A stretch of DNA of 64,000 bases, from NCBI RefSeq assembly GCF_009914755.1, contig NC_060928.1; one strand, written 5' to 3'. Position numbers and translations under genes: made by a program. The notes beneath the pieces were generated by a model, which did no database searches, was not told the DNA's origin, and saw only the letters and a list, made by a program, of their open reading frames with translations. Shown here piece by piece: positions 47,245 to 61,569 of the stretch (its first letter is position 1; every line of letters begins with the position of its first letter). This stretch comes from the human T2T-CHM13v2.0 reference genome, Homo sapiens.

Positions 47245-48716
47245 GAGAACTTCTATTCCTGTTTGCCCACTCTCTCCATATTGGTTCTTCCTGAATGTAG
47301 CCTTTTCAAGAGATGGACTGACTTCAGAGAGATAGCTTGACTTTGGGGAAGAGACAACCTGACCTCGGGGAAGGCAACCTGCCTTTTCTGTCCCCTTTCC
47401 ACCTCCTGTCTTCACTGAGAGAAGTTTTAATTGTTCAATACAATTCTCCACCTTCACCATCCTTCAATTTGTCTGCATGACCTCATTCTTCTTGGACACC
47501 AGACAAGAGCTTGGGACCCACTGAGTGTGGGTATCCAGAAAGTCTGTCACACCATCCCTTTGCCCTCCCTGGTGGAGGGCAGTCACCCCCATGATGAGGC
47601 AAGAGGCCAGCTGAGTTGCTAACACAAAGCTGTCCATGGATGGCATAACTAAAGGAGCACTGTAACACCCCCTCTGGGGCTTCTGGGTGGTGGGAAACCT
47701 TATCTGGGCACTGCCATGGACCCTGCATGAAGCTTGCTCTTATGTTGGCACCCAGAGTGGCTGACCAGGTCCCACACTTGCCTGCTTACATGCTCCCTCC
47801 AGCAAGGGGTTGAGTATGGTAGGCCAAGTAAATGGGGCACCTCTGTTGCAAGTCTGACAAAGGGGCCAAGAAAAATCCTGCATTACTAGCATGATGCCTA
47901 ACACAATTTACCCTTTAAGCGAATTAAATAACTAAAAAACACTGCAATACATTTTGCAACTATAAATACTTTCTTTCTTTCTTGGATGCAAAAACACTTT
48001 CTTCCTTCCTATTTACAAAATATTTCCTTCTTTGTATGCAGTCCAAGGAAGGAAAGATCATTTCTCCTGTGATTGTCAGAAAAAGTTTACGTTAGACATT
48101 CAATTTGATCTACACCATAGAGGCCAGGATTTATACTAGTTAAAAACAAATTATAGTAAGGGAAAAAGTGTGACTCAAATAGGAATGTAGAAAATAATGA
48201 AGTCCATTAAGAATTTAAGTAGATGGAGTGGAGAAGTCATGGTTTTTAGAAAATGATGATGTCAGAAAACTGGGTTTTATACTTATTCTGTAAATTGGAT
48301 CCATTTAAGTAAGTGGTTTGACCTCAGATGTTCAGCAGATGAGGTTTAACAGAAGTGGCTGATAATCTCTAATTTATACATCTCATACACAGAATGAATA
48401 AAATTCAATGCAAAAGAAAGTATGGGTTGTGAAGCTGAAAACAATTTTAATGTTAGCACAAAGTAAATTTTCCACATAAGTAACTATATAGAATTATGAA
48501 ATTAAATGATCAGATAGATTTGGACTATATTTAATCAGTTAAGACTGTGAATACTTTAGAAAGTTAATAATTTTTTTAAATGAAGGTATGACTAAGGTAG
48601 TTTTGTTATTATTTAGGAATAATTAATCTAGCAGAAAATTCAAGAGAATCAAATTATGTAAAATATTTGGATTAACAAAAAACAATGAAATAACCACTGT
48701 AGCAATCCTCATGTTA

Positions 48717-49038
48717 GGCCGGACACAGTGTCTCATGCCTGTAATCCCACTTTGGAAGTCAGCACTTTTGGAGGCTAAGTCAGGCACATCACTTGAAGAC
48801 AGGAGTTTGAGACCGGCCTGGCCAACATGGTGAAACCCCATCTGTACTAAAAATACAAAAATTAGCCAGACCTGATGGTGCATGCCTGTAATTACAGCCA
48901 CTTGGAAGGCTGAGGCAGGATAATCACTTGAACCCAGGAAATGGAGCTTGCAGTGAGACGAGATCATGCCACTGCACTTCAGCCTGGGCGACAGAGCAAG
49001 ACTCTGTCTCAAAAATAAATAAATAAATGAATAAATAA
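48717..49038 (+). mobile_element. AluS with small internal duplication
   Basis: 15-bp TSD AGCAATCCTCATGTT (48701-48715 / 49039-49053); CACTTTGGAAG repeated in the left arm. Confidence 0.95.
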
Positions 49039-50544
49039 AGCAATCCTCATGTTGGATGATGAATAGCTATGGTGTTATTAGGTAGGATGATTTTTGTGAA
49101 AGATAGAAAGAAAAAATATAATATTAAAATACTGATTTATATGTAAAAGTTGATGAAAATATTATTAGACAATGTCAATTTGGTACATGAGTGCCTGAGA
49201 AAGCAGGTGAGACTAGGGTGAAGACATTTCAAGTTCTGAAAGAGTGAGAAGATTTAGTTGTTTTGGAAAATTCAAGTTAAGAGGACAGAAACCTTCAAAG
49301 GAAATATTAAATAGATTCTAAAGCAAGAGAAGGTTAAGCTTGAAAAATGATATTCCAATAAATACCGAGGGTCTTAATCAAAGATATAATTTAGGCTGAA
49401 GTTTGTATAGAGGGAGCCATACTAATCTGTGTTTTCCTCATTATGATCCTTTTTAAGTTTCTCTTTATCAAATTACTACATTTCCCATGATCATGGCAAC
49501 ATCAGATCCATTTTCTGCATTTTCCATGCTGCCTGTTATATTTTGTCACAGATTCTGTGGGCAAAACCGATAAGCTTTAATTACAAGAATTTGAAGATTT
49601 CTAGGTAGTTTTTTTTTATTGCTATTATGAGAAGTAGCAGCAAGGCATCAAAGATAGTCAGGGTACAATTGAATATATCAAATCAATTTAATACATCACA
49701 GAGTAAAATCAACAGCCCAAGGTTCTTCGACAATGAACACCACAGGCTATAAAATTACAATTCAAACTATGATCAAACAAAGCATATTGTATAATCAATC
49801 AAGCATTCCAATATGATTATCAAAATACACATCATGTCATAAGCAAGTACAAGGTTTATCCAAATTAAATTAGGCAATATCAAATGATTACTTGTGCTTT
49901 TCTCTCTCTTTTTGTAATTTATTCCCATATTTGCTTTTCAAGTTTACAATATATAATTTAAATGTGGAAAAAAACTTTTTTTGGTTGAAAAACAAAAATG
50001 TAATGACAATAATTAAAACTTCAGAATCTTACAACATTTTAATCTTTATAAAATTGAAAACCCCATCTCTTTCTGGACTTGTGTTTATTGCCGTTTTTTT
50101 CTTCATCTAGTAACCTGCAATGTCAACCTCAAAAATGTTCCCAGTTGATCTCTTGACATGATTATGAGAGCTTTAACTGCAGTTTTCACAGAGAATCACT
50201 GTTTTAAATTCTTAGAATGCATTAATAGAACAGACAAAAAGTTGAGACTTTGGGCTAAGGAGAAAAAAATCAGGTGCCTTCTTCTTCTTATAATTGAAAC
50301 CTTAATAATGATGATAATTATAAAATGACGAGGATTAAAATACTCATCTGAGCTAGAACTGACAAGAATAATACATAACAAAAGTACTTTTATAATGGCA
50401 TTTTAAAATTATGCAGATTAAGGATGATAAAACTTCTCAAAGTAATTTTATCTAATTTAATAAAACTATTTACTTCATTCAATAAAACTAAAATAGTTCA
50501 CATCTACCACAAAAGACTTTGAAATAAATTTGGGCATTTTACCA

Positions 50545-50984
50545 CTTTTCATAGTTTATTTTTTCAAAAACCAGTCTGAGACAAAGATTAATGTACAAAA
50601 GTTTTATTGGGAAGTGCTCTTAGGATCAATTGCTGTGGAAGAAGCAAAAAGCATCAGGACAAGGTAAAGGAAGAAATCATGCTGCAATGCAATCTCAAAG
50701 AAGATTTCAGGCAATCCAATGGATATGAAGTTAAGGTGGCCCATCAGAGTTATTTCTAACTGAGTTAAGGTGTGGAATCTTTTTATCCTGGGTCAAACAG
50801 ACATCAAATGTGAACTGCTCTGAAGAGGGGGAATGACTTCGGCATTGTAACTGTCTTGTACCAGGGCAATGTCAAGGGAGCTTGACAACTGAGTGCTATT
50901 TACTGGCAGCACTCTGAACAGAGGAGAATGTAAGACTTCATCATAAACAGGGGGATCAGAGAGGAACATCCCAGCATCCACTGA
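50545..50984 (-). mobile_element. ERVL 3' LTR (LTR16-like)
   Basis: TTTATTGGGAAGTGCTCTTAGGATCAA and GGGGGATC...CAGCATCCACT LTR16 motifs; purine-rich PPT-like stretch on minus at ~50985-50997. Confidence 0.75.
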
Positions 50985-53900
50985 AGCCCACCTCTTGACT
51001 GCCTGGGCACACGTGTTTCTGTGAGTCCTTGGAGAGCTCCTCCCAGCAGACTGTGGTGGGCCTCTTTCCCTTAGGGAAACTGAACTACAGCCCTGCTGCT
51101 GCAATTCCTCTTGGGACTACAACTGATATTCAGTGTTTACTTCATCTTTTCATTCTAGATGCCCCTTACCCTCAGTTAGCCATTCTGATGGTTGTAAAGT
51201 TTCCTCTTGTGGCAGAAAATGGGTTTTCACCAGTGAGATATCTGAGCCTCTGGTCATTATGCCTTTTTCAAGCTTTTGCTGGTATATTTTTCTATTTCAT
51301 ATCAAAACTGGTCAAGACAGTAACTAAAATAGAACACATTATGTAATGGCAGCACCAGTTCCTCCTGATAAATAGGGCTAATTATCTCAGATGAGAGGAT
51401 GGCTTTTTTTTCTTGTCTGCTGGTTTTTGCCATTAGAAACCCAAAGTCTATAATCCATGGAACTGCTTTCGTGCCCTTTTTGGGAAAACATGGCCTCTAC
51501 CCTCATATAATATAGATTTTCGGGGTTCACTCCTACTTTCAACACTGGATTCTTAGATCCAGTTATTGTATTTCTTAGGAAACCTTATTTATTTATTTAT
51601 TTAATGTCTGCATAAAGTGTATAGTGATTTCTGGAGAATAGTGCTCCAGCCTCACAAGATACTGCCTGTGAGTGGCTGCTGCATTGTGTCTTCAACAGTC
51701 TTCTCTATCATTCCATCAAGCCAAGAACTTCTGCATCTTATAGTATATACAGTATATAAATCTGGCCAGTAGATCCCATGATCTTGTACTGACTCCTGCA
51801 CAGCTGTTGCTGTAATTTCCTGCGTTTAACATGACGGTGTGTGTGATCCTTTGCAAGTGGGTCAAAACAATGTAAGTCCTTGCATAACAGTATCGGTTGT
51901 GTTTTTGTGACCAAAAAGGCAAACACATACTCAGAATATGTGTGTATTTCTGTCAAAAATTTTGCAACTATTTCCAGGGAATAAGGGATCCAATGTAGTC
52001 AATCTGTCATCAAATAGCTGTTGGTGTTATCAAGGGATATCAGAATCTTGGTTGTAGTCTATTCTTGGTAGGTTGGACGTCTGGCAACAGCAGTAGCTAT
52101 ATCAGTCATGGTAACAGAAGCCCATGCTTTTGACCTAGGCCTAATGTTCACTTATGATTGGTCATTCCTTTAGGTCTCAGATTAGCAGGGGCCATTCCTG
52201 CTACTACTTCTGTATTCTCAGACCCAGTGTTCCAGGACAGGAAGAATTCCTGATGACAGAAACTGGGTAAAGTCAAATATCAGTAATTTTGATGACTTGG
52301 TTTTATAGTCCCATTTTCATGGTGGATGATCTTTGATGGCTGTGCAATAGAAAAAATCTTCACACACAATGTGCCCACTTCCCTATGTATAGCCACATGC
52401 TTCTAGCCCAGACTGCTGATTTTTCAGAATTCTTCCTCTACGCTTTATGACCAGCTAGTCAAGCCATTTTTTCTAGTGCTTGTGAGTCCATGTGTGTTCT
52501 AATTTTGTCCAATTTTCTTTCTTCACAAAATAGATGGCCAAGTGTACTGCCCAGGACTCAGCACTTCAGGAGATTTGTGTCCTACTGCTGTCTTTTGAGG
52601 GTCACACTTGACTGAAGCTGTAATTCAGCCAGCATTCCCTTGTGGTTTGCACTCACATATTGAGCTGACCCATTTGGGAATGAAACTTGAGTTCTGTCTT
52701 TATTTCTTAAATATCCAGAGATGGGAACTGAGAAAAAAAGTACTCTTGCAAAAGTGGTAAATAACATGATCCAGGCTACCTGCTCAAACAACCTGTTTGT
52801 TTCCTCTATCTCTGTCCATACTTAATCCTGCATGTACCGCTTCTATTTTAAGACACATGACTGTGGAACTCTATGATTTATGACTTGGTGACTTTACAGT
52901 CACCAAGTTACCAGAAACCAGCATTAGATGGTCAATTCCAGTCCCAAATCTCAGTCATATGTTATCACATGATCCATATCTCCATCTCTATTAGAACCCA
53001 ATAGTGTTGTTTTTTTAAAAGGAATACAATTGTCCACTAAAAGTGGCATGGTCTCCCTCCAGAATGCTGGTGGACTTGCCTCAAACTCCACATGGTGTTT
53101 TTCCTAGCATTGCTACTTTCAATACCACAGTGCAAGAACTGTAGGCATTACAGCCCAGTTCTTCTGCCAAAAACTTTCTTGTTCTTGTCCACCTCAGAGC
53201 TGGAAGCCTTTTATGTCACCCAGGTTATAGTTTGCTCAGTATTCCCAGGTGTGGAATATGGCTTTCTCCAAGGATGAAGAGACATACTCTGTGGTGACCT
53301 TCTTTTTTGTGTACTTTGGGTACTTTGGTGGGGATATCCTAGCAACCATCCACTGGACTCGTAATAATTTTATAGGTACTGTAGGCCCATGAGTACTTAT
53401 ACAATTTGTCACTCCCTTTCAGAAGTACACATTTCTTACTGAGGCCTCAAATGCACTAGCCATTTCTTGTTCACCTTGTCTAATTAGCATGATGTCATTG
53501 ATGGAGTTGACCAATGTGATGTTCTGCAGGATGTTCAGGCTGTCTAGAACTCTTTAGACTATGTTATGACAAGAGGTGGGGCAGAGATTAACCCCAAACA
53601 TCCGAGTGAGTATAAACAGTCTCTGATTTTTTTTTCTGAAAGAAAAACAGACAAAAATGCACACAGTAAAAAAAAAAAAAAATGCCCTCATTCTGTATCT
53701 GAGACCAAGTTAATCTACTCTGGCGAAGGCCCCATATCTGTCACAGATGGTACAATCAGATGAGTTTGCTGCAGTCCAGTCATTTTCCAAATAGATCTTG
53801 TTTTAACAAGTGCTATGCTGCTGAATCAAATGATGGGAACCAATGCTCCCACGTCTTTCACATTTTCAAGGGTGGTATTAAATTCTTCTATCCCATTGGG

Positions 53901-54290
53901 ATACAGTATTGTGATTTACTATTTAGATTTGAGTGGAGGCTATTTCAGAGACTTCCACATGGCCTTCCCTACCACAACTGAATTCCCTTCAAAGGGTGAG
54001 ATACCAGTGTAAGACTTGTGCCAACTCCCAAAGAGATCTGCTCCAATTCTACATTTGGAGAACAGAAGAATGAACAGTGAGTAGGCCCTAGGACCACTGT
54101 GAACTAAACCTGGGATTAGAAATCCATTTATCATCTGGCCCCCATGAACTTCCACTTTGAGAGGGGACCCAGTATGATGCCTTGAGTCCTGAGGTATAAA
54201 CATCAACACAGGTCATATGTCAAAAAATCCCCAGAATATTTGAGTGTAAAGTTTCCCTCTCAGCAACTGGTGTAATAGGTCCTTGAGTCC
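50985..54290 (-). mobile_element. ERVL internal region (HERV16-like), degraded pro-pol
   Basis: Protease-like IPQDSRHHTGSPLKVEVHGGQMING...VVGKAMWKSL (53940-54209); RT ITLVNSINDIMLI (degenerate YIDD, ~53482-53520); RNase H-like FPNGSAQY (52582-52791); integrase-like TEIHTYSEYVFAF (~51920-51956). Confidence 0.85.
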
Positions 54291-54717
54291 TAAAAAAAGA
54301 ATTCACCATCACATCTCAATGCAAATCTACAGTTCACATTCTCAATGCCACTTACCCTTTAATTGGGATTAATCAGATGTTGAAATCATCAGAGTTTAAT
54401 CAAGTTACCTTCTTTATTTTTTTTAACTTCATGAAAATCTATTCACTTGTCAACCACTAAATACGGTTTCTCTCTAAAACGTCTATCCTGATCTGTTCCC
54501 TCCACAGGATCTAGGTGTGACCCAAGTGAGCACAGACTGAATCATTTTTCTGAAATTATTAAACTTGTGTGTTAAAAATCACACTGACATTTTGAAAAAC
54601 TTGTATACAGACATATTGTTGGTATTTACCCCCAAACATATTTGTTCATATTCTTTGCTCTTCTTGAATTTCCCTTAAAAAATATTCAATGTTTAACCTA
54701 ATAAAAAGTATACCTTT

Positions 54718-55069
<352 letters not shown>

Positions 55070-57039
55070 CTACTTAATTTTAGTTAGTTTGAAACAGCCA
55101 TTAGTGACAGAATTAATTTCCTTTTTTCCAAGTGGATGCTAAAAAGTACATATATACAATCAACATTTTTTTTTCTAATAATCCTTACTCTCACAGTCCC
55201 TAACAATAAAAATGAAGGCATTGATTTTATTTTCATGTGCATGAACTACTTTTGTCTTTGATCACAAATCTGAATCTTCTCTTTGACCCCACAGGAATTA
55301 CCATCAGTGGTGTACTTAGCTTATTTGACAGCTAGAGTGGAAGATTTTTTGACAGCACACTTCTCTATATGACAAAATCATTGTCAGGAATAACCATGAC
55401 ATGAAATGCATGAAATGAATAATAATAGCCAGAAAAGAAATGCTGACAGGGATAATTCATTGTTATTGAACTTTATATGTAATCATTAAAGTGAAAGTAC
55501 AAATAATAAACAACTGAAATAAAAATAAATATTGTTCACAAAAGTGAAAAATAATAAAGCATTACTTTCAATTATAAGAGTATATGTTTTTAAATAGAGA
55601 AAAATAAACTTAAAATTACATATTGGTTTGCCATACAAATGAATAATGTCTAGTTTCTGTTTTGTGAGCTGTAATTTCTGGAATTTTTTCAATTACATCA
55701 TCAAAACTGATTGTCACATAATCATGTTTAATAGATAGTGCACCCAGGTTTGTCAATCTAGGTTTGCTCATACTTGATTGAAAAATACTTTTTACTAATT
55801 TTTATATCAAAAAGTTTCTCTCACATATAAAAAACATATGTAACTAGTTTGAAAAGGCTTAATCATAAAGATAAGTTTGACCGAGGTTTGTAAGTATGAC
55901 ATTTCACAATGCGTTTTAGGAATGATAATTCTGTAATATAAGAATTCTAAGTCTCATTTTTTTCAGGATCAATTTTAGTAGCTTTCAAATGTCTCTGCAG
56001 GAATATGTTTGTCTGCATGTGTATATGCATGTATATGAGTGATAAAAAGAGTAGAATAGAAAAAGAAAAAACTCACAAATTAAAACTCCAAGTTGTCACC
56101 TATAATGACAGAACAAAACTAACTCGTGTATTTTATTTTCCTTTGCCTTTACAATAATTGTGCTATCATTGTTTATTTTGAATTTACAGTACAATATCTG
56201 AAATATGTAGTACCACAAGGGTGGGAGACATGCTTTACTACCAAAGTGAGTTCATATAATCCCAAATCTTACTGAATTTAGTTTCAAAAAAATGCAAACT
56301 ATGGAGCTCATGATGTCCTAAATGTTCATGCTGAATATTCATTGGATGCAAACTTTCTTGGAAAAGTGGTAACTTTAGATGAAGTGGCATTCTGTAAAAC
56401 TTTCAGTCCTTCAATTTAATATCTACATAAAATAGGTTTCATAAAAATAAATATTTTTTAAAGTACTGAGGTGAAAATTGCACATATATATAAACATGCA
56501 AATATAAATATGAATTTAGGCCTTAACAGTAACTGCAGCAGTTGCTTAAAGGAGCATTTATCACTGACATAGTTCAGAATTGCCAGCACATGTTGATAGT
56601 AAAAATCTGACCAGATTTAATTGGTTTTATTACAGTGTCTAAATTTCCCATAGTTTATTGTGGGAACTGAATCAGGCTACTTTTATGACCCAGCCTTGTA
56701 ATCTCATGGATTATATTACTTTCTTTTCATATTTTAATACTTCGTCTGCTGTTATCCTTAGGAGAAAGCACACAGGGAAGAATTTTTTAAAATATAATAG
56801 TGTTTTTTAACTAATTGCTTTTAAATCACACAAATACACAAAAACAAATTTGTGGCTCCTTGCAAGGAACAATTTATTCTCTAATCATTCTGTGGCAGCG
56901 TTTCTAAAATTCACTTGAATAAGAATCATTTATGGTTTGGGTGCCCTGCTGCAGACATTTGGAACTGAAATGTCTGAGGGTTGATTCTGAAACTCTGATT
57001 TGGAGAGGGAGAAGAAAGAGAAGAGAAAAGGCTATAGTC

Positions 57040-57930
57040 ATTCATATATAGTTATCTTTTCTCACTTCTTGAAGTCTTCCACGTCTGACAGCTCATCTTT
57101 CCACCATGAAACAATTTCTTCACTTAATTTTTGTTAACCTCTCTTCCTATTTTATTCTCCTATTTAAGGACCTATCCTTCGAGATTTATCTGCTGGCTTC
57201 TCCTTTCCTACTAATCTATTATTGGCAGAACACTTGAAGGCTCAGTTTTCAGACATTCTTCCTTTCATTCTTTCTTTTCCGCATGCTCTGCCTGAGCTAT
57301 CATATAAAAATAGTATTTTTATGTTCATGACTTCCTCTACACTGATTTTCATGGATGCTTGCAGGCTTATTAAGCATCTCAAACTTAATATACTGTAAAC
57401 ATTACCATCAATTTTTTCACTCATGTGTTTTTTATCCTCAGTATTTCCACTTTTATAAATGACATCATTCATTGTTGCTTATGGCCCAGAAATTAAGAAT
57501 GTCTTTATTTCTTCATTTTCCTTATCTCTGATATTTAATACATAATCAAATTTTGTTGTCACTACCGAATATATTTTAAATCAAGAATTATTCACCTTAT
57601 CTTCCCTATCATCGCAATGGAAACCATCTCTTTTTTTGACTTCCGTAATAGTTTCTATTTACTTTCTCCATCAACCCATTCTGCATACAGAATCCAGAGT
57701 GGTCTTGAAAAATATAAACCTGTCATAAAAAGCCCAGCCTAAAACCTTCTTGTCTCATACTGCCATAAAAAGTAAGATCCTTAGCACATATTATATAATC
57801 TTTTCTGACCTAGTCTTGTCCATCATCCAACCTCATTTTGTACAACATTCCCCGCTCTCTCACAAAGTTCCAGCTGCATGGATCTGTCTCTGTTCCCAAC
57901 TTCATTGTATTGCCAAGTTCGTTTCATTCT
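57040..57930 (+). mobile_element. L2 fragment (continues ~58660-58850)
   Basis: GCATCTCAAACTTAATAT, CCATTCTGCATACAGAATCCAGAGTG motifs. Confidence 0.6.
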
Positions 57931-57942
57931 TAGATATTCTTA

Positions 57943-58648
57943 GACCGCACTTTGGGTCTCCTGAGAACTGTTGTGCCACTCAATGAAGCTGCACTCCACT
58001 TGCTCACTATCCAGTTTTCCCTCACCCTCCAGTTGTCCACATACCTCATTATTCCTGGATACGGGAAAAGAACTCATGACCCACTGAATTTCAGGACTAA
58101 AAAAACTGTAACACAAACAGGGCTGAAACACGTACCACTTTACAGGGGATGAGAAAGAGAGAAGAGCTGTGGCCCTTTGGGAAGCCCAGCCACAGGGGCT
58201 CCCTAAGCCAGGGCTGTGACACCCTCTTTGGGGTGCTGAGGTTCCTGGCCTCTCCAAGCTTGCAGGTACCACTATATTCCTCTAGTCCAGAGGCAGGTGG
58301 GGTCAGCAGAAGCCACGTGCAGTACATCTGGTCCAGCCACAGCCTCTCATGGAGCCAGCACCTATGCCAGTGCCTGGAGCTACCTGCCATGCCACAGCAG
58401 CCAGTTTGCCTAGCTGGCTGTGCACAGTGGCTGGGCCCTGTGCTCACTTACCCACACACCCCTTGCCGTTCTGTGCCCTGCTTGCATTTGGCAGGTACGG
58501 GATCTGGGCTGGCTGCACGAGCCAAGCACAGCTGCCAAGCCAAGTGGGCAGAACAAGCCCAGCGGGCACAAGCTATACTCAGGCAGAAGGTGCTGCTGGC
58601 CACAGAGGTTTCTGGCTAGTGAATTGACACCCTAAAAATCTTGTGACA
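57943..58648 (+). mobile_element. ERV1 LTR, MER52-like, 3' half only
   Basis: CTGTAACACAAACAGGGCTGAAACA, GGCCACAGAGGTTTCTGGCT...TGTGACA end. Confidence 0.85.
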
Positions 58649-60067
58649 CCAGGTCTGTGCAAGGATGCCTTTTATTATCATTTAGAACTCAGCTCAGCTG
58701 TCACCTTTTCAAAGAGGTCATCAGAGGCCAATGTACCTGAAGAAGCCCCACCCTCACTCCAGGCATTCTCCAACGTGGTGCCCTGTGTCCTTACCTAATC
58801 CCTATATAGTTTTCTCAATGATATTTATCCATCTTGTCACATAGTTCCAAAACATACATTCTAGCAAATTGATAAATTGAATGATTTTTATCACTTAATG
58901 TTTGATACAGTCTACTTAAATTACAATAATTCTGAAGCCTTTTCTGACTTTTACTCTCTTATCCTTTGGTGAATGAGAAATAACTGACATGTGAGTTTGA
59001 CAGTAGAACTGAGCAGGTGTTGTGCAGCTTCTTACTATTTTTATTTGAGACCTGCCTGCATGAATAAAGAACATGGTCCGGTTTGTATTTTGTCATTCTT
59101 AAGCATCCTAAATTGCAATGAAGGTTTTCAGTACTGTCTATGGCCCCCATAGGCAAGCTTGCTTAATTCACAAAAGCAATGTTAGCAACTGACCATTTAA
59201 ATTCTGTTGTAATTGTGCTTGAAAACAAAACGTATTGAATGTAATCAGAAATAATATAACCAGTATATCCAAGATATTTATGTTTAGGCAGCGGGGTTTA
59301 GCAAATAAGGCCCATGTGTCACATTTTCTTGGCAGTTCGTAGTGGGATATTTGAACTTGGTAAATTTTCTTTTTCTTTGGTTGGGGAAGAAAGGGTGTGT
59401 TAGATTTTAACAATAAAGCCTGGGAAAATAGCTTTAGGACTTAGGTTTTTAATAAGCAGGGACTTTTGACCTTGGCAGTTTCAAAAAGCTAATTGCAACT
59501 TTGTCCACACAGGTGACAGATATTTTATATAGCAGAGCTTTTTAAAATGGCAGGGTCACAAGCACTGACATTGTAAAAATGAGCTTGGGCCTCACTGGCC
59601 TTAGTAGATGACTGACCATGTGTGGGTTACTACTGCTTGACCTGGAAATATGGAGGCCTGGGGCAGCACATGGTGTTTCCGGAAACTAAAATAAAAATCA
59701 GCTCTTAGTAGTCTTTGGTCTGCAGAATAATTTTGTAACTCTAGTGTGTTTTTCAGGCAGGTCCACAGGCCAGGACTTTAGGCTGCAATGTGAGCTTAGC
59801 TCAATAATTGCTGTAGAGTATTAGCAAGATTTAATACTCAAATTGTTAGTGCATGTCTAAGTATGTAATGCTATAAAAGCTACCCAAACCCCATTGTTTT
59901 TCTTTGTTTGTTTGTTTGTTTGTTTTTTGCATGTTTTGAACTACTTTTAGCCTGAAGGAGGAGAGTCTTTAATGTAGGTTGCTTGCTTACAGGTCCTTAA
60001 CAATCTCTTCCCGCTATGTAGTCTCAAGCTGCCAGTTCTCTTAAGTATCAGAATGTCACAGTTACAA

Positions 60068-60216
60068 TTTCTTTTTCTTTTTTTATTTTGTTTTTCTTTG
60101 TGATGGGGTTCCTGCTATGTTGCTCAAGCTGATCTCAATCTCCTGCACTCAAGCAATCCTCTGGCCTTAGCCTACCTAGTAGCTGGGATTACAGACAAGC
60201 CCCACTGCACCTGGCC
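60068..60216 (-). mobile_element. Alu monomer (FLAM)
   Basis: T-tail plus TGCTATGTTGCTCAAGCTG...GCTGGGATTACAG...CCTGGCC. Confidence 0.85.
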
Positions 60217-60229
60217 CCAGTGTCTTGGA

Positions 60230-60780
60230 TTTCTGAGAGGCAAAACTATTCATTCACAGGCTATCCCAGATTCAAAGGGAGAAGTAATAGACTCCATCTT
60301 TAAATGTGTGAAGTGATAATGCACATACAGAAATGAGAGAAATTGTTGGTAACCAAATCTGTAAACCATCCCATACAGTCTTCCCTGTGGCCACAATTCA
60401 TTCCCATCCCATATGCAAATATATTAATCTCTTCCACAAATGTCTCATCCTATTATCTCACCAATGTAAAGTTCAGAATTTCATAATCTGCATAAAAATG
60501 GAATGTAAATGAGCTTTCTCAGGTGTGGCTCTTCTCCAAGTGAAGACTTCTAAACTGAACAGAACAGTTATCTGCCTCCAAACATCCAACATTCATTGGT
60601 GAGAAGGGGATGGGAATAATACAATGAATACTCCCATTCAAAAGGGAAGACATGAGAGGCACTGGTTTATAGCTGAACACATGTTAACAGAGTCCCTTGA
60701 TTAAACCCTAGTTCTGCTTCCTGGAAGTGCTTCTGTGAGGCTCTGAGATCCATGCTCCATGCCATTGGCTATTTTTTTTT
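60230..60780 (-). mobile_element. Old MLT1 LTR remnant plus MaLR internal sequence
   Basis: CCCAGATTCAAAGGGAG..ATAGACTCCATCTT; ACTCCCATTCAAAAGGGA MaLR-int motif. Probably continues at 61570-62029 and after 63334. Confidence 0.55.
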
Positions 60781-60869
60781 TTTTTAATGAGTCAGTCTCC
60801 TTTATTATTAAGAAATGATTCATGTTTCTTTTCACAGAAAGCAGGAAAAAAAGGAATGGCTAATGTTTA

Positions 60870-61569
60870 TGTTACAGCAGGTAGTCAGGCAGACATGAGC
60901 AGGGCAGGAGACAGTCCTCACCCCCTGCAACAAAGAAAGTCAGGCGACCATCAGGTGATAGTCAAGTGGTTGTTAACCGTCTCTCTAAAATAATAATTAG
61001 TTGCAGCCATGGAGAGGGAGTATCTCAATAGACAGAAACACGTGAAATGTGATCAACAGCTTCCTGATAAGATCTCAGGAGTTGGGCAAGTGGGCTTCAG
61101 CATGCATACTAAGAGGCAAAATGGCAAAGTTTAAGTGGTGTATGACTTTCCTCTAGGTCACACAATTGGTAAGGGAAAAACGCCTCAATTGAGCATGTGT
61201 ATAATTTCAGTAAACACACTGCACATGTGGTCCCTCCCAAGTGCTGGCAGGCCACTGCACATGTGGACAGCCCACACCAGTGGAAAATCAAGGCAGTAGT
61301 AACACAATCCCAGAAGCATGCCAATGTATAAGACCCCAAATCAAAGGTCAAACTGCACACTTGACTCTCTCAAGTTCCCCACATGGCCCTCTTCCGAGTA
61401 TAATTTACTTCCTTTCATTCCTGCTCTAAACTTTTTAATAAACTTTCACTCCTGTTCTAAAACTTGCCTGGGTCTCTCACTCTGCCTTATGCCTCTCAGT
61501 TGAATTATTTCTTGTGAGAAGGCAAAAGTGAGGTTGCTGCAGACCCATACAGATTTGCTTCTGGTAACA
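60870..61569 (+). mobile_element. Solo ERV1 LTR, MER50-like
   Basis: TGTTACAGCAGGTAGTCAGGCAGACATGAGCAGGGCAGGAGA...GGTAACA; TSD TTTA (60866-60869 / 61570-61573); AATAAA at ~61437. Confidence 0.85.

Noticed and set aside
57940-58635. Cluster of 66-156 aa ORFs
   Set aside because: Inside the MER52-like LTR; chance ORFs in GC-rich repeat.
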